A stretch of DNA of 64,000 bases from Macrostomum lignano (Eukaryota), in assembly GCA_002269645.1 (NCBI GenBank), contig NIVC01000798.1, forward strand, positions 159,867 through 223,866, written 5' to 3'. Positions within the stretch are counted from its first letter, which is position 1, and every line of letters starts with the position of its first letter. This document shows, piece by piece, positions 43,291 to 54,359 of the stretch. A program made the position numbers and the translations under genes. The notes beneath the pieces were generated by a model. The model was not told the origin of the DNA and did not search any database. It was given only the letters and a program-made list of their open reading frames with translations.

Positions 43291-43554
43291 TTGGCTACTA
43301 ATACTAACTTACTAATACCTTTCCAATTTTACTCTATAGTGTACCCTAGAGCTGTATACTGTACACAATATGTAACTATAAAAAAAATAGAACACAGAGC
43401 TATACAAACTATAAAATAGTTTAAAATAATAACATTAAATTGACACTTCTGAGCAATAAATTATTGCATTTTGACTAGTATTGCTACAATATTCAAACTG
43501 AATTCACTGTTACAGCATCAAGCAATTCCATGATTTGCTTTGCAATTCAAACTT

Positions 43555-46500
43555 ATGGCAAGGAAAAGTAAGAAATCTGCTCGAGGAAAGAAGCAATCAG
43601 CAAAGTCATCATCAAGGTAAGTCAATTTCGGAAGCCTATTTTTATTGTCTAATTAAATAATTTACAGTTAAGAATCGTTTATTGCGTAAATCTTGTAAAT
43701 TGGTTTGATATGTATGCAATACATTATGTTAGACATTAATATACATCTATAAGTTCGGAAAAATTGCAGTTTTTAATTAGCTTTGCATTTCTGCTTTTCA
43801 GACGTAGCACTTCGAGTGCAGCGAGCAGCTCAATCGCCAGTTCGGTAAGTCACTCACTCGTCACACTTAGTTTCACTTTTTATTCTTAGATTAGAGCTTC
43901 CGAAGTTGACTGTAAAGTTTAGGGATTGAGAGGAGTTTAGGGACTGTGGAGTTTAGGGACTGTGGAGTTTAGGGACTGTGGAGTTTAGGGACTGTGGAGT
44001 TTAGGGACTGTGGAGTTTAGTGACTGTGGAGTTTAGGGACTGTGGAGTTTAGGGACTGTGGAGTTTAGGGACTGTGGAGTTTAGTGACTGTGGAGTTTAG
44101 TGACTGTGGAGTTTAGGGACTGTGGAGTTTAGGGACTGTGGAGTTTAGGGACTGTGGAGTTTAGGGATTGTGGAGTTTAGGGACTGTGGAGTTTAGGGAC
44201 TGTGGAGTTTAGGGACTGTGGAGTTTAGTGACTGTGGAGTTTAGGGACTGTGGAGTTTAGGGACTGTGGAGTTTAGTGACTGTGGAGTTTAAGGACTGTG
44301 GAGTTTAGGGACTGTGGAGTTTAGTGACTGTGGAGTTTAGGGACTGTGGAGTTTAGGGATTGTGTAGTTTAGGGACTGTGGAGTTTAGGGACTGTGGAGT
44401 TTAGTGACTGTGGAGTTTAGGGATTGTGTAGTTTAGGGACTGTGGAGTTTAGGGACTGTGGAGTTTAGGGACTGTGGAGTTTAGGGACTGTGGAGTTTAG
44501 GGACTGTGGAGTTTAGAGACTGGAGTTTAGAGACTGGAGTCTAGGGACTGTGGAGTTTAAATATTAGGAAGTTTATAAATTCGTGAAGTTGAAGGCCTGT
44601 GGAGTTTGGTGTTGTTAAAAGTGCCTCAAGAAGAGTCCAGACTAATAACCGCGATTGCTGCAGGCCGCCGATCGCCAGTCGCGCGGCAGCAGGAAGTCTC
44701 CGCACCGCCGGGACAGCTCTGAGACGCAGCAGCGGCGGCAGTCTCAGTCAAAAGCCAAGCGGCACAGCCAGCCGTCGCGGTCTCAATCGGCCGTTGCGGC
44801 GTCGCGAAAGCGAAAAATTAGCAAATCGGAGCCTCTGTTGGAGGATAGTGAAAGCAGCAACAGCAGCAGCAGAAGCAGAGCCAATAGCCGGTCACAGCCG
44901 GCTGCCACCAGAGTGTTGCGCTCCGCTTTCAGGCGTCAAGCCCGCGAACAGGCATCGCTGGCGTCTCCCCAGCAGCAGCAGCCGCAGCCTAGCGAGCAGC
45001 AGGCTAACAGTTCGGACTCGGCTCGTCAGGCCAGTTTAAGGTTTGTTTTCTGTTAATGCATTTGCTTTGCCTCCTGCTGCTTTTGTCTGCCTCTCCTGTT
45101 CTTTCACTGTTCCTGTCTTTTCTTTGTCTGTCTGCTTCCGCCTCTGTCTGCCTCTGACTGACCGTCTATCTGTCCTGTGTCTGACTGTCTGTCTATCTGT
45201 CCTGTGTCTGACTGACTGTCTATCTCTCCTGTGTCTGACTGACCGTCTATCTGTCCTGTGTCTGACTGTCTGTTTTTTCCTGTCTAACTGTCTGTCTTTC
45301 CTGTGTCTGACTGTCTGTCTCCTGTGTCTATCTCTCCTGTGTCTGACTGTGTCTGTCTTCTGTTTTCCTGTCTCTATCTCTCCTGTGTCTGACTGTGTCT
45401 GTAGTGTCTCCTATGCCTGTCTGTCTCTTGTCCACTATATTAAATTATCCATAAAATGTGCATTCAAAGTGCAATTTTCATATGTACCTTTATTATAACA
45501 TACATAGCGCTCTACTGTTAGTAGCTAAAAACACCCAATCATCCGCTTAGAGTATTATAGTCTTGTATATTCCAAATCTCGCCTTTATAGGAGCGCATGT
45601 AAAATAATCCTTGTGATTCTTTCCTGCCCTGTTTCTAACAGTATTAACCTTCCCTTGGCGTCGCTGGCCTTACAAAGCGGGCCCCAAGCAAGCATTTTTC
45701 TTTTTGCACCGCTAATCTACTAATCTGGCACTGCCGCAGCTATTAGCTGCATTGCCTTCTGCTTCAAGCCAGCTGCTTAGCCGCCCCCGGACGTGTTCTT
45801 TCTTTTTTCCGCTTAGCTTCGCAGTCTTTTCAAAATCTTCCTCACTTCTCGTGTTCCCCTTTCTGACCCTTTCGCTAATACTCCTTAATTGACGTCCTAA
45901 TAGCTCACAGCTGCTTGATCTGCCCGTCACTGCCTACGTATCTGCCTGCATCTGTAGCTGTGTACGTGATTGCCCGCATTTCCCCATCTCGTCCCATCTT
46001 TCCCGTTCTCGTCCTCATCTCTCCTCATCTATTCCCATCTCTTCCCGTCTCTCTCAGTCTCTTCCCGTCTCTCCCCATCTCTCCTCATCTCTTCCCATCT
46101 CTCCCTATCTGTCCCTATCTCTCCCCGTATCTCCCCATTTCTCCATACCTCCCATCTCTCCCCATTTCTCCTCGTATCTCCTCATTTCTCCCCGTCTCCC
46201 CTCATTTCTCCCCACCTCCCATCTCGTCCCCATCTCTCCCGTCTCTCCCATCTCTCCCATCTCTCGCCGTCTCTCTTCATTTCTCCCCACCTCTCATGTC
46301 TCCCCATCTCCCATCTCTTCCTCATCTCTCCTCATCTCTCCCCGTCTCTCCTCGTCTCTTTCCCATCTCTCCCCATCTCCCAACTCTCTTCATCTCTCCC
46401 CGCATCTGCTTATCTCACACAATCTCTTCCTGTCTCCCCTGTCCATCTATTTTCTTGCCATCGCCTTCCATCTGTCAGATATCGAATTTCTTTGTCAGTA

Positions 46501-49095
46501 AGTATCTAAACTGTGGGTTCTTTAAACAAAAATCAACCAAGCATTTGCAATTTTTCATACTGGTAATCAAGCCCAGTGAAGCATACATTGTCAAGATTTC
46601 TCTGCACTTCAGACAATATCCAGCCACTCAGCTTCCAAGCCTCTTCTTGTCCCTGCTGTTGTCCCCTGCCCTGCTTGCAAGTTTTGGTTGTGCAGAAAAT
46701 TTATTTCTTATTATGTTTGGCTTGTCCGTTTCTATTATTAGAGTGAGTTTTGTTGAAGTTTCTTTACAGAATATAACAGCTTCTGTGTTGTTTTTCGGTT
46801 TTTTCAGCATAGCTACTCACATGCTGTTGTTATTCTGGCTTCTCGTGTTTGGTCTTGCCTAAAGCTCACTCTTAATAACTAACCTTGCATTCTAACGGTG
46901 TGTGTGTGTGTGTGTCCTGTCTTCTTCTTTTCTCTTGCCAATTGCCAATAAACAAATCCTTGAGTTTTAAGATTTTTTATCCTTTCAGACCCGGAGTTCA
47001 CACTGACAACATTGTTTTCTAAATGCTGGAGAAATTCTCGAAAATTGTTTATCCGACTCGATTGGATAAATTAATTCTCCCACTCTCATTATCACTCACT
47101 CACTCTCGATCACTCATTCTCTCACTCCCATTTTCTCACTCGTTCACTTACTTTCATTCACTCACTCATTCATTCATTCATTCACCCACTCATTCACTCA
47201 CTCCCATTCTCTCACTCTCGTTCACTCACTTTCATTCAATCACATTCGTTCACTCACGCCCATTTTCTCACATTCGTTCACTCACTTTCATTCACTCACT
47301 CCCATTCTCTCACATTCGTTCACTCACTCCCATTCTCTCACATTCGTTCACTCACTTTTATTCACTCACTCCATTCTCTCACTCGTTCACTCACTTTCAC
47401 TCTCACATTCGTTCACTCACTTTCATTCACTCACTTTCATTCTCTCACACTCGTTCACTCACTTTCATTCTCTCACACTCGTTCACTCACTTTCATTCTC
47501 TCACACTCGTTCACTCACTTTCATTCTCTCACTCCCATTCTCTCACACTCGTTCACTCACTTTCATTCTCTCACATTCGTTCACTCACTCCCACTCTCTC
47601 ACACTCGTTCACTCACTTTCATTCTCTCCTTCCCCTCTTTCCCTCTCTCACACTCGTTCACTCACTCTCATAAACTTTTTGTTGTATTAAAACTTAACTT
47701 GCTCGTTCCAGAACTGGCTTTATTCATTTATTGGGTGCCAGTAAAGACTTTCTGTTCCGAGGTTAGGCTACGGGCTGTTTAAGGACAAGTAGGGAGTTGC
47801 CGCGAGCGCACATGACGCGCAGTACAGTAGGGGCGGGAGAGGCCTGGATTCTGTTTATAATTGGCCTGGATGGGTACCTTGGCTACCTGTCTGAAATAGC
47901 ACTACAATATTGAGACTGTGCAATTGCAAGTTTTGCTCGTATCTAGATAGGTAGATAGATGAAGTATATATAAAGGTAATTTGTCTATTTGAACACCAAA
48001 CTGTTCAGCTAAAAGACCCCGAGTGCGGTCAGGTTAGGAAAAGGTCTTGGCTGGTAGGGCGGTACCCTGCCCTCAGTTTTCATTTCTTTATGGTCGATTC
48101 CCATTGGCTCGGCCTGTCTCACCCTCTGCCTACCCTTCACTCTCTCTCCACCTCTCTCCCCTTTGCGCACAAGGCGACCTAGACGGATCAGCTGATCGGT
48201 CTGTCTGAGCAATATACCTACTCTTGTACGTACACAGCGTGCTTTGTATTGCTAGGAGCAGCGCGTGTGTGTTTAGTACCTTTGTGTGTGACCCGCCCGC
48301 CTGCCTGCGTGTCCTCAAGCCAGATTTCTTCTGTCTATAACCGTGTGCGCGTGTGTACCGCATTGAACACTGTTGTTGGCTCCCCGGGTATTGGGCAGAG
48401 TGAAACAGAGTGCATCGCCTGCTGAAGTTGGGGGGTAGAGTGGCGGTCCGCCCTCCTCTCTCCCTCTCCGCTCGTCCCCCTCTATCCGATCTCTCTTTCC
48501 TACGTGCCTCTCTTCAAAATAAAAAGCACTTTTTTTCAACGCCCAACCATTTGCCGTTCAGGCAGCTCCAGTTTTTTAATATATTTTCTCCGTCCTATCT
48601 CGCTTTCAAGCCCCTCACTATACTAGTTCGGCTCGTGTCTCCCTGCTCTCTTTACCTAAGCCGTTTCAGTCTGCACCGCCCTGATTAGTCAGGGTCTCAT
48701 AAGGCTGCTGTGTGCTTGCCTGCTTGCGCGCGTACTAAAAAAACACACAGTCAGCTCAACTCTCACAGAGCTGCGCGCCTGTCTACCTGGGTGGTGCAAT
48801 ATTATATCTGTCTCGTACTTGAGCTTTCCTAAATCGCCATACACAGATGGCTAACGCTCTGATAATTCTCCAGGCCTATTCTGCTTGCCGCAAATTTAGT
48901 ACATCCAGTCCTATTATTAGTATATAGAGCGCAATCCTAATCGAAGAGTAAGAGAAATTGAATCCAATCCGGCTGATTTTCGATCAACGCGCTGACTTAC
49001 AGATCCGTGCCATTGAAGAAGCGGGCGCGGCTAACCACAGCCGAGGAGGCCAGCGATACAAACGCCAACACGGGCAACTGCGCTGCCGTAACTAA
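43555..49095 (+). CDS. TRIP12: Predicted N-terminal exons 1-4 of TRIP12 (basic/Ser-rich disordered region): 43555..43616, 43802..43844, 44664..45040, 49003..49095
   Basis: MARKSKKSARGKKQSAKSSS(R)|RSTSSAASSSIASS|AADRQSRGSRKS...SRKRKISKSE...|SVPLKKRARLTTAEE... Donors GTAAGT, GTAAGT, GTTTGT, GTGAGT. Phases 2,0,2,2 join in frame to the TTTTCAG acceptor at 54359/54360. Confidence 0.7.
43932..44560 (+). repeat. 16-bp minisatellite (TTTAGGGACTGTGGAG), ~39 copies, TRIP12 intron 2
   Basis: Direct reading. Each unit contains TTTAGGG. Confidence 0.95.
45120..45430 (+). repeat. Degenerate CTGTGTCTGACTGTCTGTCTAT-type repeat
   Basis: Recurrent CTGTGTCTGACTG units. Confidence 0.8.
45980..46460 (+). repeat. 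CT-rich low-complexity tract (CTCCCCATCT)
   Basis: Almost pure pyrimidine plus A. The ORFs crossing it are artefacts. Confidence 0.9.
47080..47670 (+). repeat. Degenerate (TTCACTCAC/CATTCTCTCA) minisatellite
   Basis: Recurrent CACTCGTTCACTCACTTTCATTCTCT units. Confidence 0.85.
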
Positions 49096-49164
49096 GTGAG
49101 TATATTTTGTTTGACTGTTGCATTTCCTATTCTATTGATCACGTCTATGCATTTTTAACTTCCT

Positions 49165-50295
49165 GTGAGATAATCGCCCCTGAACCAACCATCCCTGTGA
49201 GAGAATCGCTCCTGAACCAACCATCCCTGTGAGAGAATCGCCCCTGAACCAAACAGCAATGCGAGAGAATCGCCCCTGAACCAACCATCCCTGTGAGAGA
49301 ATCGCTCCTGAACCAACCACACCTGTGAGAGAATCGCTTCTGAACCAACCATACCTGTGAGAGAATCGCCCCTGAACCAACCATACCTGTTAGAGAATCA
49401 CCCCTGAACCAACCATCCCTGTGAGAGAATCGCCCGTGAACTTACCATAACTGTGAGAGAATAATTCCTGAAGCAACCATAGCTGTGAGAGAATCGCCCC
49501 TGAACCAAACAGCCCTGTGAGAGAATCGCCCCTGAACCAACTATCCCTGTGAGAGAATCGCCCCTGAACCAACTATCCCTGTGAGAGAATCGCCCCTGAA
49601 CCAACTATCCCTGTGAGAGAATCGCCCCTGAACCAACTATCCCTGTGAGAGAATCGCCCCTGAACTAACCATAATTGTGAGAGAATAACTCCTGAAGCAA
49701 CCATAGCTGTGAGAGAATCGCCCCTGAACCAAACAGCCCTGTGAGAGAATCGCCCCTGAACCAACTATCCCTGTGAGAGAATCGCCCCTGAACCAACCAT
49801 AATTGTGAGAGAATAATTCCTGAAGCAACCATAGCTGTGAGAGAATTGCCCCTGAACCAAAAAGCAATGTGAGAGAATCGCTTCTGAACCAACCATACCT
49901 GTGAGAGAATCGCTTCTGAACCAACCATAACTGTGAGAGAATCGCCCTGAACCAACTATCTCTGTGAGAGAATCGCTTCTGAACCAGCTATCTCTTTAAG
50001 AGAATCGCTTCTGAACCAACCATCCCCGTGAGAGAATCGCCCCTGAAGCAACCATACTTGTAAGAAAATCGCCCTAAACCAACCATCCCTGTAAGAGAAT
50101 CGCCCCTGAAGCAACCATACTTGTAAGAAAATCGCCCTAAACCAACCATCCCTGTAAGAGAATCGCCCCTGAAGCAACCATACTTGTAAGAAAATCGCCC
50201 TAAACCAACCGGCCCTGTGAGAGAATCGCCCCTGAAGCAACCATACTTGTAAGAAAATCGCCCTAAACCAACCGGCCCTGTGAGAGAATCGCCAT
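49165..50295 (+). repeat. 32-bp minisatellite (CTGTGAGAGAATCGCCCCTGAACCAACCATCC), ~35 copies, TRIP12 intron 4
   Basis: Direct reading. 32-aa super-period in minus-strand ORFs. Confidence 0.95.
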
Positions 50296-50659
50296 GAACT
50301 GACAGACCACGCAATAGTATACAGTACAGTAATCAAGTGCTGAAATTCAATAGGTCTCGGTGCTAACTAACGTATAACTAGTACGAAGGCAAGGCTTTTG
50401 CGTGTGCTAAGCATTTTTTCCTGACAGGTCTCTGTACATTCTTTTTGTCCCTATAGATTATAGAAAGTCAACTCGTTACAATGTATATGTATATATATAC
50501 TCTGGGCGTCAACTTGCTTTTCAAGTCAGCACGTCAAGTCCATTTCGCTCACGCTCTATGCAAACAAATAAAGGCAACCACGCCAGACTGGGGGTATTGA
50601 TATTCTAAGTGCACTATATATAGAAAATCAATTGCTGCATTGTAACTTGAACTTGCAGC

Positions 50660-51145
50660 ATTCAGTCCTCATATGCAGAATCATTCAGTTCTCATATCCA
50701 AAATCATTCAGTCCTCATATCCAGAATCATTCAGTCCTCATGTCCAGAATCATTCAGTCCTCATATCCAGAATCATTCAGTCCTCATGTCTAGAATCATT
50801 CAGTCCTCATATCCAGAATCATTCAGTCCTCATGTCCAGAATCATTCAGTCCTCATGTCCAGAATCATTCAGTCCTCATATCCAGAATCATTCAGTCCTC
50901 ATGTCCAGAATCATTCAGTCCTCATGTCCAGAATCATTGAGTCCTCATATCCAGAATCATTCAGTCCTCATGTCCAGAATCATTCAGTCCTCATGTCCAG
51001 AATCATTCAGTCCTCATATCCAGAATCATTCAGTCCTCATGTCCAGAATCATTCATTCCTCATGTCCAGAATCATTCAGTCCTCATATCCAGAATCATTC
51101 ATTCCTCATGTCCAGAATCATTCAGTCCTTATGTCCAGAATCATT
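50660..51145 (+). repeat. 23-bp minisatellite (AGAATCATTCAGTCCTCATGTCC), ~21 copies
   Basis: Direct reading. 23-aa super-period in ORFs. Confidence 0.95.
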
Positions 51146-54100
51146 CACGCCCTCAGCCCCAAAATCCTTTATTCCCCCAATTTAATCCCCGTTCTCAGAA
51201 TCCTCCAGCCTTCATCCCTAGAGTATTCTAATCCTCACGCTCAAATTACCTTAACGCTCATCCCCCAGCCCTTAGTAGTTCTTAATTCCCCGTAGTTCTA
51301 GATAAAATTGAGCTGATCTATTTCTTTAATCTAAATTCTACATGCAATGAGTACATCTAATATCAATAGTTTACAGTATGAAAAATCAGTTGTATGAATA
51401 GTTGAACTGTATACATTTGTATGCTTGATTGTGTTCTATTTTTGGATTCTCATCACCAAGCAAAGCAAAAGCAAACTTGTGCATAGTGACATCGTAGCTT
51501 CTGTATAATGGCTTTGATGGGCTTTGATGCAGATTTGTTGTTAACTGACCCGGCCAGTTCCAATGCACAAAAGTTAAACCATTAACAAGAGTATTCATAA
51601 GCAGGCGATGGAAGCCGCAGAGCTGCATTTGTGTGTACTTTTCATTTTTAATCAACTGGCTGCATAGGCTGGCTGAAATCTGCGGGCTCTGTCTGGGCCG
51701 GTGCGGGATCTTGTCACGTGCTACTTTCCTGTACCGAATATCTATCTATCCCCCCTAGCCGCCCAGCACTAGCTTTGATATTTGGTGCATATAGTGCGCC
51801 TGGTGGCTAATGATACTACTCACTAGAATAAGTAGTGTGCCTTTTTTAAAGTAAGAAAATAAATTCGCCACTTAATCAATGCTGTCGGAGAAGGAACCGA
51901 ATGCGATATGGGGAAATGAGTGCAAAACCCCGGGAGAGGTTGAGTAAAAATAGAACTGCGATGATGAGGAGAGACGGAGACGTGAGGAGACAAGAGTGTG
52001 GATCTCAGTGCACCGCTAACGCACTCGCTCCTGCTAGGACGGAGGATTCCATGCAGCCCGCGGATCTGATAAATCCTCTCTATACACAGCTATCGTACAG
52101 ACAGCGTGCGTGCGGGTTGGGCAGTTTTTCCTCAACTGGCAATCCTAGTTTATTCCGCAATCTTTTCTCCCCTCTCTTTCTCCCCTCTTATTCCTGTCTT
52201 CGAGTTCCCCTCGTTGGATTTATGGGGGAAAGCTGCTAGCAGATCTCTCTCTCTCTCTTTGTACTTTTCCACCCCTTTCCCTATGACGAATCCCACGCTT
52301 GATGCCCTTTTGTTAACATTTGCCCTCACTCCTGACCTTGATAATTTGGAAAACGGGAAAGCGGAAACAAAAACACAGCAGCAACTCTAAGAGATAAAGG
52401 GAAAGAAAGTGCCTAACACAAAGATATCACACTATTGCTTTTTAAAGTACAGATTTGAGTGCTTTTTTCCATAGACACTGTTTAGCTGGTCGTAAAACTG
52501 ATTTAAAGTACAACTTTGATTGGCTATAGACATAAGCTGACCTTGAAACCGATTGAAAGCACAACCTTAAGTGGGTTTATCTATAGAAACTTTCTCTAAT
52601 TTGTTGCTCCACAGACCCCTTTTGGGCCATAGACAATGAAAAGCAATTCTTTGATAGCTCTATTCTCCCAGTTAGGATTAGATTGCTCAATTGGCTTAGA
52701 AATTGTAGATTTGTATTCTCCGTTTTCCCAGTTGTTTTTACAAGCTATATAATCCCTAAGTTATTGATTTGCTCGGCCTGGTAAAACATAAAGGACAGTT
52801 AGGGCAGGGGTCTATATGCTTTTTTATGTTGCACCAACACTATTTGGTTGTAAATCTAGGTCCTAGGATGTTAAGCCCCCCGGCTTGTTACACGCTCGCC
52901 TGACTCTACTCATTACTGGATTGGGAGTGGCCAGGGAGTACTAAGAGATATTGATTATCTATAGAATGTAGTGTACCGCTCTACTTCATAACTAGATTCC
53001 TAGCTTGAATTATCCATGGAGTGTGGGCGCTGGCTTTTTTACTAGCTGAAAATCAAGCTCTAGGTACAATTGGTTGATAAGGCCTAGATAAAAGTATTAA
53101 TTAACCAGAAGCTAGCTTGTATAGCTACAATCGTCTGTTAGTTATGCTTACAGTTAGTAATTTCATATATATCGCTCGTATTTCCAGCCACATCCGCAAT
53201 CTGTGTTAACACCATTGATGCTTTTTGGGGATTCTTTTCAGTTAAAGGTGGGAGGACATCTATATGATTATTAATTGTTATTCAAGAAGCTGTCATAGAA
53301 ACGGCTCGAGTCTTCTTCTTAGCTGGCTTCTTTCTCTCTCTATTCCCTTGCTTTAATGCACTAGTCCCGGTGAGAGAAGAAGGCACTTTCTGTACCCTGC
53401 TCGGCCCTACTCATTTCTCTGCCTCACTGCCTGCTCTAGCGCATGCACTCTCTCCCTCTCACTCTCTCTTCTCTGTCATACTCTATCGATTGCTAGCGCT
53501 GCGTCCCTCAGCTCTACCCCCTGCCTCTGCCTTCATCCCGATAGTGCGCCCCACTCGTGCTTTCCAGCCCACCCCTCTCCTTCCAGCAAAAGCCTGTACA
53601 GTTAGTTTCTGTCATTTCCTTACTGCAGATTTTCTTTAGGCACCAGTCCCAACCCCCAGCCCAAGAAAGCCCCAACGCCCGCAGTAGGCCTCTCATTTGA
53701 GGAGCAGCAGGGGAGGGTGCTGGCCTGTAACCCGCCCGACCCGTTGCGTGCTGTGCTGTCACGGTGAGAGGGAGAGAGGTGGGGTTGTGGCTCTGCTGCC
53801 GTCTTATTTTCCTGCCTATATGCTAAAAATGCAAGAATTGGAAGGAGGAGTCAGGAGGCCCACACTGTAGCAGGGATAGGGCAGTGCGTTTTCGCCTTTG
53901 TTGTGTTTATTCCCTACCCCTATCCGCATCACCAAATCGATTATCCCCCTCCCGCTCTCTATCCTGCCTGCCTCCCCATCCCCTCTCTGACCGGCTGTAT
54001 CTCGCTGTCCCTGGCAACCCGACTCAAATAGAAATACTGCACGGCAGTACCTCGCCCGGACAGAACTGGTGCCGCAAAAGGGGAGAGACTCTCTCTGTCC

Positions 54101-54359
54101 CGTCCCCTCTGTCTCACCGTCCGTCTGGCCTTCTCTTTCACCTTTCCCAATCCCCGTGTCCTTCGCCGCTCTCCATCCGGTTTGCGGTGATCGGTTCGCA
54201 CAGCTGCCCCCCCCCTGAACTCGCGGACATTAGTTACTTTATTTCCCCTGCGCCTGAAATTCTCCAAATATTGTTTGATAGCGACGCCAGCCTCCCAGTC
54301 AATCCTTGCGCACTGGAAGGCGCCGGCAGCAAAATTGATTGCCTAAAATGCATTTTCAG

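Noticed and set aside
45915-46862. 315-aa ORF
   Set aside because: Mostly a translation of the CT-rich tract. The 3' part has no recognisable domain, and a possible LINE RT trace on the minus strand was too weak to call.
53884-54359. 159 extra open codons upstream of the TRIP12 exon-5 acceptor
   Set aside because: Non-ATG start, CT-rich intron-like composition, and a good acceptor at 54358-54359 that joins the upstream exons in phase.
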